DNA of 64,000 bases from an uncultured Anaerolineaceae bacterium (lineage in GTDB: Bacteria; Chloroflexota; Limnocylindria; Limnocylindrales; CSP1-4). Under the pieces are notes generated by a model. That model was not told the DNA's origin. It searched no databases and saw only the letters and a program-made list of their open reading frames with translations. The DNA is taken from positions 29,114 through 93,113 of the forward strand of contig CAZFGT010000004.1 of assembly GCA_964518505.1 (NCBI GenBank), given 5' to 3'. The number at the start of each line of letters is the position of its first letter. Position 1 is the first letter of the stretch. A program made the position numbers and the translations under genes. Below are positions 1 to 9,433 of this stretch, one piece after another.

Positions 1-713
1 GTCGGGAACGAGAACTTCAGCCAGTCGGTCTTGATGACCTCGCGGGTCGACTTCCGGCGGAACAGCCCCCGCTCGAGCATGTAGGCCTCGCCACGCCGCC
101 GTGCTGCGGCCACGACCGTCGATCCGCCGATCGCCCGCTCGTGCTCCAGGAAGCCCTCCAGGACGTTGATCGTCGTCCCGAACGACGACACCGTCGCGCC
201 GTTCTCCACCTCGCAGTTCCAGCCACCGTCAGGGAGCTGCTCGCGCAACAGACGGTCGACGAGTGGCGTCACGTCCACGCCGAAGTAGGAGCCGGTGGCG
301 ACGACGTTGCCGTTGATGCAGGGCTCGACCTCACCCTCGAAGAACCGGTTATCGGCCCAGGGAGTCTCGAACGCCGCGTCCCTCCAGATGACGTGCTCGC
401 GCACCAGGCCGATGGCCCGCCGGGCTTGGTCGCTGTCGGGATCCAGTCCGAACCGGCGCAGGAGCTCCAGGACGTGGAACGTGTCGGTGTAGTCGTGCGA
501 CCACGCCCCACGGCCCCAGCGGCCGTCCGGCGCCTGGAGCGAGAGGAGCCGGGCACCCCAGCCCGCCGTGGCGATCCTGGCGCGCTCGGCAGCGACCACC
601 TCGGCGGGCTCGTGCGTCAGGTCGCGCATGACCTGCCAACGGATCGCGGGATCCGAGTCCAGCAGCCAGTCGATGACGGCGGTCATGCCGCGGCCGTGGG
701 TCGAGAAGGTCAT
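1..713 (-). CDS. Prenyltransferase/squalene-oxidase repeat protein (terpene cyclase-like), 3' end beyond window
   Basis: Minus-strand reading frame from ATG at 713..711 runs to position 1 with no stop, so it is absent from the ORF track. Translation MTFSTHGRGMTAVIDWLLDSDPAIRWQVMRDL... contains QxxDGxW repeats (LQAPDGRWG, QLPDGGWN) typical of alpha-alpha toroid prenyltransferase/terpene cyclase folds. Confidence 0.5.
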   Translation of the reverse strand, partial: MTFSTHGRGMTAVIDWLLDSDPAIRWQVMRDLTHEPAEVVAAERARIATAGWGARLLSLQAPDGRWGRGAWSHDYTDTFHVLELLRRFGLDPDSDQARRAIGLVREHVIWRDAAFETPWADNRFFEGEVEPCINGNVVATGSYFGVDVTPLVDRLLREQLPDGGWNCEVENGATVSSFGTTINVLEGFLEHERAIGGSTVVAAARRRGEAYMLERGLFRRKSTREVIKTDWLKFSFP

Positions 714-751
714 GGCGCAAGCCTACCGCGAGGCGACTTGACATGTCGTGG

Positions 752-771
752 ATACAACCGTATGGTTGTAC
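752..771. promoter_or_regulatory. Inverted repeat TACAACC-GTAT-GGTTGTA overlapping the ArsR start codon; candidate ArsR autoregulatory operator
   Basis: Perfect 7-bp arms with a 4-nt spacer. It lies in the 48-bp divergent intergenic region between the minus gene start (713) and the ArsR ATG (762). Confidence 0.4.
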
Positions 772-1109
772 CAATGATCTCGACCTTCAACCCAGACAGC
801 GTCTTCGCCGCCCTGGCCGATGCCACCCGACGGGACATCGTCCTGCGGGCGCTGACGGGTGCGGAGGGGGTGGCTGAGTTGGCCGGGCACTACCCCATGA
901 GCTTCGCCGCCGTGCAGAAGCACGTGGCGGTCCTGGAGCGCGCCGGCCTGATCACGAAGGAACGCACCGGCCGCCGCAAGGTCGTGCGCACCAACGTGGA
1001 GGGCCTCCGGCTCGCCCGAGGCCTGCTCGACGAGTACGAGGCGCTGTGGCGCGGCCGCATCGAGCGCATGACCGACCTCATCAGCAGCACCGAGGAGACA
1101 CCCGCATGA
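762..1109 (+). CDS. ArsR/SmtB-family HTH transcriptional regulator
   Basis: 115 aa from the internal ATG of ORF 141..1109. Sequence ...ATRRDIVLRALTGAEGVAELAGHYPMSFAAVQKHVAVLERAGLITKERTGRRKVV... is a winged-HTH ArsR signature. The upstream part of the long ORF is antisense to the minus-strand gene. Confidence 0.85.
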   Translation: MVVPMISTFNPDSVFAALADATRRDIVLRALTGAEGVAELAGHYPMSFAAVQKHVAVLERAGLITKERTGRRKVVRTNVEGLRLARGLLDEYEALWRGRIERMTDLISSTEETPA

Positions 1110-1609
1110 CCGTCACCGCCGTCCGCAAGGACCCCGCCGCCATGACGCTGACCGTGACCGCCGAGTTCGACGCCTCACCGGAGCGCGTTTGGCAGCTGTG
1201 GGCCGACCCGCGCCAGCTCGAGCGCTGGTGGGGGCCGCCGATGTACCCCGCCACGTTCACGGCCCACGACCTGGCCCCAGGCAGCCGCGTCGAGTACCAC
1301 ATGACCGGGCCGACCGGTGACCAGCCGCGCGGCTACTGGGACGTCCTCGAGGCCGAGCCCCCGCACCGACTCGTCTTCCGCGATGGTTTCGCCCACGCGG
1401 ACGGCACGCCGGATGACGACTTCGCGCGCAATGAGGGCCACGTGACGATCGAGCCGCTCGAGCCCGGCCGTACGCGGATGTCGATCGAGTTCCAGTACGC
1501 AAGCCCGCCGGCGATGGAGCGGTACCTGGCCATGGGCATGGAAGAGGGCCTCACCCAGGCCGTCGGCCAGATCGACGCGATCCTGGCCGGGGAAGGAGTC
1601 GCACGGTGA
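1106..1609 (+). CDS. SRPBCC/AHSA1-like (activator of Hsp90 ATPase homolog) family protein
   Basis: MTVTAVRKDPAAMTLTVTAEFDASPERVWQLWADPRQLERWWGPP... is typical of the START/Bet v1-like partner encoded with ArsR. Its start overlaps the ArsR stop (ATGA). Confidence 0.8.
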   Translation: MTVTAVRKDPAAMTLTVTAEFDASPERVWQLWADPRQLERWWGPPMYPATFTAHDLAPGSRVEYHMTGPTGDQPRGYWDVLEAEPPHRLVFRDGFAHADGTPDDDFARNEGHVTIEPLEPGRTRMSIEFQYASPPAMERYLAMGMEEGLTQAVGQIDAILAGEGVAR

Positions 1610-2481
1610 GCACGCCGACCGCACCCAGGACGCACACCCTGGACGTACCCGGCGCCGTCCTCACCTACGACGAGCGGGAGGCCGACTCCACGGCGCCCGT
1701 GCTGTTCCTGATCGGCTCCCCGATGGGCGCCAGCGGGTTCGGCACGCTGGCCAGCCACTTTCCGGACCGCACGGTGGTGACCTACGACCCGCGGGGGGTC
1801 GAGCGCAGCACCAAGGCCGATCCGGCCAGCCCGTCGACGCCCGAGCAGCATGCTGACGACCTCCACCGCATCATCGCCGCGCTCGACTCCGGCCCGGTGG
1901 ACCTCTTCGCGAGCAGCGGCGGGGCGGTCAACGCCCTTGCCCTCGTGGCCAGGCACCCCGATGACGTGCGGACGCTGGTCGCCCATGAACCGCCGCTCGC
2001 GGCGATCCTGCCCGACCGGGAGGGCGCATTGGCGGCCACCGAGGCGATCTCCGACACCTACCAGCGCCACGGCTTCGGTGCGGCCATGGCCCAGTTCATC
2101 GTCGCGGTGGGGTACCGCGGACCCATCGACGCGGCCTACCTCAGCCAGCCGGCGCCCGATCCGGCGATGTTCCACCTCCCGACCCAGGACGACGGCACGC
2201 GCACCGATCCCCTCCTGGGTCAGAACATGATCAGCTGCACCCACTTCGAGCCCGACTTCGAGGCGCTTCGGTCAGCGTCCACAAGGATCGTCTTCGGGGC
2301 GGGTGTGGAGTCCGACGGCCAGATGGCGTGCCGCGGCGCGTTCGCGGCGGCCGAACATCTGGGCACGACGCCGGTCAGCTTCCCGAGTGGCCATGGTGGC
2401 TTCATGGGTAACGAGTACGGCCAGCCTGGCGATCCCGACGGCTTCGCCGCCACGCTGCGCGAGGTGCTCGCGCAGGCGTAG
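1606..2481 (+). CDS. Alpha/beta-fold hydrolase
   Basis: 291 aa. PVLFLIGSPMGASGF... nucleophile elbow LFASSGGA and C-terminal His region. The GTG start overlaps the upstream stop (GTGA). Confidence 0.75.
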   Translation: MSTPTAPRTHTLDVPGAVLTYDEREADSTAPVLFLIGSPMGASGFGTLASHFPDRTVVTYDPRGVERSTKADPASPSTPEQHADDLHRIIAALDSGPVDLFASSGGAVNALALVARHPDDVRTLVAHEPPLAAILPDREGALAATEAISDTYQRHGFGAAMAQFIVAVGYRGPIDAAYLSQPAPDPAMFHLPTQDDGTRTDPLLGQNMISCTHFEPDFEALRSASTRIVFGAGVESDGQMACRGAFAAAEHLGTTPVSFPSGHGGFMGNEYGQPGDPDGFAATLREVLAQA

Positions 2482-2499
2482 CCGCGGTACCCTCGCGGC

Positions 2500-3171
2500 A
2501 TGGCCGACACCCTGCGTCTGATCCTGGAGATCGGCAAGAAACGGAAGATCGTGGCCGCCGCCCTGGATTGGCCCGGCCTGGATCGCTGGGGCACGTCGGA
2601 AGCGGACGCCGTCGCCAAGCTGATGGCATACGCGCCGCGTTACGCCGGTGTCGCGGAACGGGCCGGGCTGGGGGAGGCGTTCGCGCGGGCTCGGGAGGCG
2701 GAGGTGGTCGAGCGCGTGCCCGGCTCCAGCTCGACCGACTTCTGGGGCGTCGCCCACGTGCCTTCGCAGATCGAGCGCGAGGTGCTGCCGCCCGCCGAGC
2801 TGGAGCGGCGGCTTGATCTCCTGCGCGCCGCCTGGGCCACCTTCGATGGGGTGGCGGCCCGCGTCTCCCCTGAGCTCCGGCCCGGCACCCGCAGCGCCGG
2901 CCGCACGCGCGACCAGATCATGCGCCACGTGTACATCACCGAGCCCGAGCAGATGTCGCGCAAGGTGGAGGTCCGAACGCCTCGCGAGGACGTCATGACC
3001 CCGGCCGGCCTGGCGGCGCATCGGCAGGCGTACCTGGACGCCATCCGGGCCTACAACGCCGAGGGCAAGGCGGCGCGCAGCTGGCCCATCCAGTTCCTGG
3101 TGCGACGGACCGCCTACCACGTGCTGGATCACGCCTGGGAGATGGAGGACCGCGACCCCGCACCCGGATGA
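2500..3171 (+). CDS. Hypothetical protein (possibly DinB/YfiT-like metal-dependent superfamily)
   Basis: 223-aa ORF with coding-like composition in an operon-like array; the family call is weak. Confidence 0.45.
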   Translation: MADTLRLILEIGKKRKIVAAALDWPGLDRWGTSEADAVAKLMAYAPRYAGVAERAGLGEAFARAREAEVVERVPGSSSTDFWGVAHVPSQIEREVLPPAELERRLDLLRAAWATFDGVAARVSPELRPGTRSAGRTRDQIMRHVYITEPEQMSRKVEVRTPREDVMTPAGLAAHRQAYLDAIRAYNAEGKAARSWPIQFLVRRTAYHVLDHAWEMEDRDPAPG

Positions 3172-3239
3172 CGTCCCTGCTGACAGTGGGGCGCCTCGTC
3201 GGGTAGGGTCTGGGCCACGACGAACCGCGATGTCTGGAG

Positions 3240-3827
3240 GTGTCCATGGCTGAGGTCCTGCTCTTCCATCACGCGCAGGGGCTGACCCCGGGCGTTCGCG
3301 CGTTCGCCGATGAGCTGCGGGCCGCTGGCCACACCGTCCACACGCCCGACCTCTTCGACGGCCGGACCTTCGGGTCGATCCCCGAGGGCATGGCCTACAT
3401 CGAGGCGACCGGGTTCGACGGCCTGCGCGCGCGCGGCGTCCGCGCCGCCGACGACCTGCCGCCCGGGCTCGTCTATGGCGGGTTCTCGTTCGGCGAGATG
3501 ATCGCCCAGCAGCTGGCCCAGACGCGGCCCGGCGCGCGCGGCGCGCTACTCTTCTACTCCTGCGTCCCCATCACCGGCGAGTGGGCCTTCGGCCCGTGGC
3601 CCGACGGCGTGCCGGTCCAGATCCACGGCATGGACGCCGACCCGTACTTCGTCGGCGAGGGCGATGTGGACGCCGCCCGCGAGATCGTGGCGAAAGTCCC
3701 GGACGCGGAGCTCTTCCTCTACCCCGGCGACCAGCACTACTTCGCCGACAGCTCCCTCCCCTCGTACGACGCCGAGGCCACGGCGCTGCTGACCAAGCGC
3801 GTGCTGGACTTCCTCGCCCGCGCCTGA
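3240..3827 (+). CDS. Dienelactone hydrolase family protein
   Basis: LLFHHAQGLTPGVRAFADELRAAGHTVHTPDLFDG... plus GFSFGE nucleophile motif. Start may be the second Met (3246). Confidence 0.7.
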   Translation: MSMAEVLLFHHAQGLTPGVRAFADELRAAGHTVHTPDLFDGRTFGSIPEGMAYIEATGFDGLRARGVRAADDLPPGLVYGGFSFGEMIAQQLAQTRPGARGALLFYSCVPITGEWAFGPWPDGVPVQIHGMDADPYFVGEGDVDAAREIVAKVPDAELFLYPGDQHYFADSSLPSYDAEATALLTKRVLDFLARA

Positions 3828-3867
3828 CCGCCCTGTAACCGAACCGGGGCCTCCCGGGTAGCATCCG

Positions 3868-4788
3868 TTGATGACACGCCGCGGCCTGATCCTCTTCGGC
3901 CTGATGTCGGTCATCTGGGGCATCCCGTACCTCTTCATCCGCATCGCCGTGGCCGAGATCCAGCCGTCGGTACTGGTCCTGGTGCGGACGTCCATCGCGG
4001 CCGCCATCCTCCTGCCCATCGCCCTGACCCGCTTCGACCTGCGGCCCGTACTGGCGCGGTGGCGGTGGGTCGTGGCCTTCGCCCTGGTCGAGATCGCCAT
4101 CCCGTGGGTCATGCTGGGGACCGCGGAGCAGCACCTGTCCAGCTCGCTCTCGGGCCTGTTGGTGGCCGGGGTGCCGCTCGTGGGGGCCGTCATCGCCATC
4201 GTCAGCGGCGGCGCGGACCGCTTCGGGCGGACGGCCGTGGTGGGCCTGCTGATCGGGCTGGCGGGCGTCCTGGCGATCGTCGGCGCTGACTTCCAGACGT
4301 CCGACTCGAGCGCCCTGCTGGAGATGGGCGTCGTCGTGGTGGGCTATGCGCTCGGGCCGGCGATCCTTGCCCGACGCCTCGCCGGGGTGCCGTCGGTCGG
4401 GATCATGGCCCTCTCGCTGGCCCTCAGCGCCTTGATCTACGTCCCCATCGCCGGCGCCCAGTGGCCCGCTGTGCCCCCGTCCGTGGACGTCATCGCCGTG
4501 ATCATCATCCTGGGTGTCGTCTGCACGGCTCTCGCCTTCATCCTGTTCGCCGCCCTGATCGCGGAGGTCGGCCCGGTGCGGGCGACGGTGATCACGTACG
4601 TCAACCCCGCCGTGGCGGCGGTCCTGGGCGTCTTCGTGCTCGGCGAGACCTTCAGCCCGGCCATGGCGGCCGGCTTCGCCCTGGTCATCCTGGGCTCCAC
4701 GCTCGCCACGCGGCCGGCGCGTGCCGCCGCCGTCCCCAACGTCCAACCAGCCCCGTCCGAGGTCACGCTCCGCCCGGCACCCGACTGA
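3868..4788 (+). CDS. EamA/DMT-superfamily transporter
   Basis: 306 aa with ~10 hydrophobic helices; the N-terminal GLILFGLMSVIWGIPYLFIRIAV is an EamA signature. Confidence 0.8.
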   Translation: MMTRRGLILFGLMSVIWGIPYLFIRIAVAEIQPSVLVLVRTSIAAAILLPIALTRFDLRPVLARWRWVVAFALVEIAIPWVMLGTAEQHLSSSLSGLLVAGVPLVGAVIAIVSGGADRFGRTAVVGLLIGLAGVLAIVGADFQTSDSSALLEMGVVVVGYALGPAILARRLAGVPSVGIMALSLALSALIYVPIAGAQWPAVPPSVDVIAVIIILGVVCTALAFILFAALIAEVGPVRATVITYVNPAVAAVLGVFVLGETFSPAMAAGFALVILGSTLATRPARAAAVPNVQPAPSEVTLRPAPD

Positions 4789-5218
4789 GGCGCTCGTCGG
4801 TCAGCGCGTCCGCCGCGCCGCCATAAAACCGATCGAGCACGCGTTGGAAGAGCGGTTCGTCCGGCGCGGCGCGATGGAACAGGGTCATGCACGAGCGGAG
4901 CTTGAGCGCGTCGATGGGTCCCAGGATGTCGGCGGCGGTGAGACCGTTTGCGTCCAGGATGAGGGCCGTGCATTCTCGGAGGCGCGGCCCAAGGAGCGGG
5001 TGAGCCAGGTAGGCGCGGGCCTCGCTGAGCGAGGCGATGGCGTAGCGCTCGGACATCCAGCTGTGCCCCAGGCCGGCGATCTGGGGGAAGATGAACCAGA
5101 TCCAGTGCCCGGACTTGTGCCCGCGGCGAAGCTCCTCCAGCACGCCGTCGTACGTCCGCCCCTGGGCCTCGACGAACCGCTCCAGGTCGAAGCCGCCGCC
5201 TGCATCGGGCGGGCTCAT
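4763..5218 (-). CDS. DUF1810 family protein
   Basis: DLERFVEAQ...GHKSGHWIWFIFPQIAGLGHSWMSERYAIASLSEARAYLAHPLLGPRLRECT matches the conserved DUF1810 core. Confidence 0.7.
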   Translation of the reverse strand: MSPPDAGGGFDLERFVEAQGRTYDGVLEELRRGHKSGHWIWFIFPQIAGLGHSWMSERYAIASLSEARAYLAHPLLGPRLRECTALILDANGLTAADILGPIDALKLRSCMTLFHRAAPDEPLFQRVLDRFYGGAADALTDERLSRVPGGA

Positions 5219-5694
5219 CCGAGCCGTCGCTCATAGCAGAGGCTCAGCGGGTCGACGAAGTACGGCCCGAAGGGCGGGATGCGCACGAAGCCAAGCCGCT
5301 CGTACAGGGCGATCCCCTCGCGCTGATAGATGCCGGTCTCGAGACGCAGCAGCGCGACCCCGTTCGCCCGGGCGTGCTCGGCCAGGTGCTCCAGGATCAG
5401 CCGGCCGAACCCCGAGCCGCGGTACCCAGGGCGGACGTACATCCGCTTGACCTCGCCGTAGGGATCGGCGGCGTCATCCACGAGCAGGATGCCGCCGCAC
5501 CCGGCGGCGACACCGTCGGACCGCAGGACGAAGAAGTGCACCCCCTCCCCCACCAGGCGCTCGACGCTGAAACCATGCCGGCTGGCGGCCGGGTAGAGCT
5601 CCGCCAGGTGCGTCTCCAGCTCCGTGATCAGGCTGACGGCGTCGGGTGAGTCGGGGCGTTCGCGGGCGATCGTGGCGGGCATGGCGCCCGCCAT
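5215..5694 (-). CDS. GNAT family N-acetyltransferase
   Basis: RMYVRPGYRGSGFGRLILEHLAEHARANGVALLRLETG is an acetyl-CoA binding motif A. Its stop overlaps the DUF1810 start (ATGA). Confidence 0.8.
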   Translation of the reverse strand: MAGAMPATIARERPDSPDAVSLITELETHLAELYPAASRHGFSVERLVGEGVHFFVLRSDGVAAGCGGILLVDDAADPYGEVKRMYVRPGYRGSGFGRLILEHLAEHARANGVALLRLETGIYQREGIALYERLGFVRIPPFGPYFVDPLSLCYERRLG

Positions 5695-5751
5695 TGTGCG
5701 GGCTGCCGCTGCGGGTCGTTACCATCTCGGGACCACGATGAGGAGCAGCCC

Positions 5752-6246
5752 ATGACCCTGCGCGAGATCCAGCGGCCGATCAAGGCACGCTACGTCTCCG
5801 AGCCCGAGGCGGCCAAGATCACCCTGCGCGCCACCGGCCAGACCGCAGATGGGGCCCTGAGCTGCTCCGTGGATATCGGGCGGGCGCTCTATGCGGCCGG
5901 CGCCCATGCCGGTGTGGGGGGATCGGGCCTGGCAGCCTGCTCGGGCGACCTCCTGCTGGGGGCGCTGGCGGCCTGTGCGCAGCTCACCTGCCAGATGGTC
6001 GCCGAGAACATGGAGCTGGACGTCAGGATCGGGGTGACCGTGGAGGGCGACCTGGATCTGCGCGGCACCCTGGGCACGCCGGACGTGCCGGTGGGCTTCG
6101 AGGCGATCCGTGTGCGCTTCGACCTGCAGCCCACGAGTCCCATCGAGTCGGACCGCCTGGAGCGCCTGCGTGACCGGACCGAGCGCTACTGTGTCGTGCT
6201 CCAGACGCTACTCACGACCCCGCCGATCGCCACGGAGTGGACATGA
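5752..6246 (+). CDS. OsmC/Ohr family peroxiredoxin-like protein
   Basis: 164 aa; GGSGLAACSGDLLLGALAACAQLTCQ carries the paired Cys of OsmC. Confidence 0.8.
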   Translation: MTLREIQRPIKARYVSEPEAAKITLRATGQTADGALSCSVDIGRALYAAGAHAGVGGSGLAACSGDLLLGALAACAQLTCQMVAENMELDVRIGVTVEGDLDLRGTLGTPDVPVGFEAIRVRFDLQPTSPIESDRLERLRDRTERYCVVLQTLLTTPPIATEWT

Positions 6247-6635
6247 CCGAGACGCCGACCGCGACCGCCCGCATCGATGCCATCCTGGCGGCCGCCCCGG
6301 CCGACCAGCGCGTGGCCCTGCAGAACCTCCGCGAGATGATCGCCGCGGCCGCCCCGGAGGCGAACGAGATCATCAGCTACGCCATGCCGGCCTTCCGCTA
6401 TCACGGTCGTGCCCTGGTCTCGTACGCGCCGTTCAAGGCCCACTGCTCGCTCTTTCCCATGACCCAGGCGTTGATCCTGGCCAACCCGGACCGCGTGGCG
6501 GGCTTCGCCACGACCAAGGGGACGCTGCACTTCACGCCCGAGCATCCCCTCCCCCGCGAGCTGGTCGAGTGGATCGTCCGCGAGCGGATGGCCCAGATCG
6601 ACGCCCGCCCGGCCGCCAGGCGCCGCCCCCGCTGA
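6237..6635 (+). CDS. DUF1801 (YdhG-like) domain protein
   Basis: ALQNLREMIAAAAPEANEIISYAMPAFRYHGRALVSYAPFKAHCSLFP is a DUF1801 signature. Overlaps the OsmC gene by 10 nt. Confidence 0.7.
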   Translation: MDMTETPTATARIDAILAAAPADQRVALQNLREMIAAAAPEANEIISYAMPAFRYHGRALVSYAPFKAHCSLFPMTQALILANPDRVAGFATTKGTLHFTPEHPLPRELVEWIVRERMAQIDARPAARRRPR

Positions 6636-6644
6636 CCTCCCAGG

Positions 6645-7325
6645 TCAGCCGGGGTCGAGGCTTTCCGGACCGATCGGGCGTCCCTCGCCGTCCACCAGGC
6701 GCCACCGCACGTCCAGGTCGGCGTCGCGGCCGAGGGCCACGCGCCTCGCCACCTCCAGCGGCGTCGCTTCCGGCCCGAGCGCGTGGATCGCCCTGTTGAC
6801 GGCGACCACGGCGACGGCCGGGACGTGGCCCACGATCTCTCGGCGGGCGAGGCCTTCCGGGTCGGGTACGCCGGCGCGGGTGAGTCGGCCGATGAGTTCG
6901 CGGGCACGCCGTTTCTGAGCCGGCTCGAGCCCCTGGAACCACCGTGGTTCGCGCGGCTTCTCGGGCACGGGCGTGGGAGCGCGCGCGGGCGCCGGCTTGG
7001 CGTTGCGCCTGGCCTTCGCCTGGCTTGGCGCCTCGGGTGGTGCGGGCGCCGGCTTCGTGGGCTTGGCGGGCGGCGGGGCGAGCCTCGACCCCTGCGGCGA
7101 GACGGCCGGCCCAGCCTGGCGGGCGGCCGCGATGGCGTCCTTGGCAGCGTTCAGACTGCTGAAGGGCCCTCGCACGAGGGGCAGCCCGAGCTCGTCCGTC
7201 TGCTCCGCGTCCACCACGACCCACGTGCCGGATTGCGGTTCGATGGTGAAGCGCGCATCACGCGTCTCCCAGCGCCCGCCGCCGAGCCGCTTGAGTGAAC
7301 CGTCGTCCGCGTTGGCCTTGGCCAT
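6645..7325 (-). CDS. Hypothetical protein with Pro/Ala-rich low-complexity linker
   Basis: 226-aa ORF whose N-terminal and C-terminal globular parts are separated by a PAPAPP-rich segment; no family recognised. Confidence 0.45.
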   Translation of the reverse strand: MAKANADDGSLKRLGGGRWETRDARFTIEPQSGTWVVVDAEQTDELGLPLVRGPFSSLNAAKDAIAAARQAGPAVSPQGSRLAPPPAKPTKPAPAPPEAPSQAKARRNAKPAPARAPTPVPEKPREPRWFQGLEPAQKRRARELIGRLTRAGVPDPEGLARREIVGHVPAVAVVAVNRAIHALGPEATPLEVARRVALGRDADLDVRWRLVDGEGRPIGPESLDPG

Positions 7326-7380
7326 CTCGTCACGATAGCCGAAGGCTCAGTCGCAGCCGCCGAGGTGGCACCCGGCGCGC

Positions 7381-8361
7381 TCAGGCGCGCGACGCGAACC
7401 GGTCCGTTGCCTCCAGCAGGCGCCGGTCCATCTCGGCGTCGCCCGTATGCCCGCCGGCGATGAAGTGGAGCTCGGCCGCCGGCCAGGCACGCGCGAGCTG
7501 CCACGCCACGTCCGGCGGACCCGACAGGTCCAGGCGACCGTGCAGGAGGACACTGGGGATCCCGGCCAGCCGAGACGCGTTGCCGAGCAGCTCCCCCTCC
7601 TCGAGCCACGCGGCGTGCGAGAAGTAATGGGTCACGAGTCGGGCGAAGGCGACCATGAAGCGCTCGTCCGCCCAGCGCGGATGCGGCGTGATGTAGCCGT
7701 CCTCGAGCGACAGCACCGCATCCTCCCAGGCGACCCAGTCGCGCGCCGCCTGGAGTCGGACGGCCGGATCGTCAGTGTGGTTGAGGAGCCGGTCGTAGGC
7801 CGTCACGAGGTCGCCGTCGCGGTCGCCCGGAGGGACGCCATCGCGGAAGTGCGCCCATTCCGCGGGGAAGAAGCGGCCGGTCTCGTGCGCGAACCAGTGC
7901 ACGTCCGAGCGGCGGGTCATGGTGATCGACAGCAGGACCATCGCAGACACGCGATCGGGGTGGCGCTCGGCGTAGGCGAGGGCCAGGGTGACGCCCCACG
8001 ATCCGCCCCACACGAGCCACCGGTCGATGCCCAGGTGCTCCCGCAGCCGCTCGATATCGGCGATCAGGTGGTGGGTGGTGTTGGTCGACAGGTCGGTGGC
8101 CCGATCGCCGGCATGGGGCGTGCTACGGCCGCAGCCTCGCTGGTCGAACTGGACCAGCCGGTACCGCTGCGGGTCGAACCAGCGTCGTCGGCCGGGGGTG
8201 CTCCCGCTGCCCGGCCCGCCATGGAGGGCCAGGGCGGCCTTCCCGTCCGGGTTGCCGGAGACCTCCCAGTAGATCGACTGACCCTCGCCCACCTCGAGCA
8301 TCCCGGTCTGGTAGGGCTCGATGCGCGGGTACGGCTGGGGCCCGCGACGCTCAGCCGCCAT
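7381..8361 (-). CDS. pip: Proline iminopeptidase (prolyl aminopeptidase, S33 family)
   Basis: MAAERRGPQPYPRIEPYQTGMLEVGEGQSIYWEVSGNPDGKAALALHGGPGSG...GGSWGVTLALAYA shows the YP..EPY N-terminus and GGSWG nucleophile. The longer ORF upstream of Met-71 is R/P-rich and overlaps the HD gene. Confidence 0.8.
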   Translation of the reverse strand: MAAERRGPQPYPRIEPYQTGMLEVGEGQSIYWEVSGNPDGKAALALHGGPGSGSTPGRRRWFDPQRYRLVQFDQRGCGRSTPHAGDRATDLSTNTTHHLIADIERLREHLGIDRWLVWGGSWGVTLALAYAERHPDRVSAMVLLSITMTRRSDVHWFAHETGRFFPAEWAHFRDGVPPGDRDGDLVTAYDRLLNHTDDPAVRLQAARDWVAWEDAVLSLEDGYITPHPRWADERFMVAFARLVTHYFSHAAWLEEGELLGNASRLAGIPSVLLHGRLDLSGPPDVAWQLARAWPAAELHFIAGGHTGDAEMDRRLLEATDRFASRA

Positions 8362-8989
8362 GGGCATCCGTGCCGCTGACCCACGGGGAGCGCGCCATCC
8401 AGTCGGCAAGGCCGGTCTGGTGGAGTAGCCGGGCGCTCTGGCAGGTGGGACGGAGGGCCGCCTCGCGGGCGATGGCGGCCAGGAAGTGGCGGTCGAAGGC
8501 GCGACGCGGGAACTCGCGCATGACGCCGCGGCGCGTTGCCTCGACGAGTTCGAAGCCGTCGCCACGCACATCCAGCCCGGTCGCCCGGTCCAGCAGCACC
8601 GCCTCGACGCCGTCCGCCAGCGTCACCGACGGCTGCATGTGGAGGACGATCGCCGTGGCGACCCGATCGGCCGTCGCCGGTGCCATGCCTGCACGCTCCA
8701 GGAAGCGGCGGGCGATCTCGGCGCCTTCCACCTCGAAGCAGCGGCGGTTGTGCGGGACACGCGTCAGGCCGTTGTCGTGCATGAGCGAGGCGGTCCACAA
8801 GACCTGGGGATCGAAGGCCCGTCCCTCCCCTGCGGCGAGCGTGGCTCCCCAGCAGTAGGACCGCACCGAGTGGCTCAGCAGGTAGTCCGGCAACGCACGG
8901 TGCACCCACTGCCAGGTACGTCGTGCGACGGCGTCCTGCGGGACCGCGATGCTGGCGATCCGTTGCGGCAGAGGCGGGATGCGTCTCAC
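8351..8989 (-). CDS. HD-domain phosphohydrolase
   Basis: H...R...LMHDNG HD motif; 212 aa. Confidence 0.65.
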   Translation of the reverse strand: MRRIPPLPQRIASIAVPQDAVARRTWQWVHRALPDYLLSHSVRSYCWGATLAAGEGRAFDPQVLWTASLMHDNGLTRVPHNRRCFEVEGAEIARRFLERAGMAPATADRVATAIVLHMQPSVTLADGVEAVLLDRATGLDVRGDGFELVEATRRGVMREFPRRAFDRHFLAAIAREAALRPTCQSARLLHQTGLADWMARSPWVSGTDAHGG

Positions 8990-9064
8990 CGCCCCATCCT
9001 ACGGGCACGCCTCGTCGTTCGTCGTGGTGGGCTAGGCTTGGCTCAACCGCTGGAAAGGAACGCC

Positions 9065-9433
9065 ATGCTCCGCGACAGTCACGGCTTCTCCGGCTTCTCC
9101 ACGAATGACATCCCCAAGGCCAAGGCTTTCTACGCCGACACGCTCGGTCTTCAGGTCACCGAGGCGAACGGCATGCTGACCCTGGAGTTCGCCGGAGGCG
9201 GCCGGGTCATCATCTACCCCAAGCCCGACCATCAGGCCGCCACCTTCACGGTGCTGAACTTGCCGGTCGCCGACATCGACGCTGCCGTCGACGGCCTGAC
9301 GCGGGCCGGGATCACGTTCGAACGCTACGAGGGCGCGGGACAGGATGAGCGAGGGATCGCCCGTGCCTACCCGCCGCCGATCGCCTGGTTCAAGGACCCG
9401 GCCGGCAATATCCTGTCGGTGATCCAGCTCTAG
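9065..9433 (+). CDS. VOC (glyoxalase/bleomycin-resistance) family protein
   Basis: 122 aa from the ATG preceded by GGAAAGGAA RBS; GFSGFSTNDIPKAKAFYADTLGLQV.... The large upstream part of ORF 8486..9433 is antisense to the HD gene. Confidence 0.8.
   Translation: MLRDSHGFSGFSTNDIPKAKAFYADTLGLQVTEANGMLTLEFAGGGRVIIYPKPDHQAATFTVLNLPVADIDAAVDGLTRAGITFERYEGAGQDERGIARAYPPPIAWFKDPAGNILSVIQL

Noticed and set aside
141-761. N-terminal 207 codons of ORF 141..1109
   Set aside because: This part is antisense to the prenyltransferase-repeat gene and has no ArsR similarity. The real ArsR gene starts at the internal ATG (762), right after the operator-like palindrome.
3571-4746. 391-aa minus-strand ORF (R/G/D/H-rich) overlapping the dienelactone hydrolase and EamA genes
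   Set aside because: Extreme Arg/Gly/Asp low-complexity composition. It is antisense to two well-supported genes, a typical high-GC spurious ORF.
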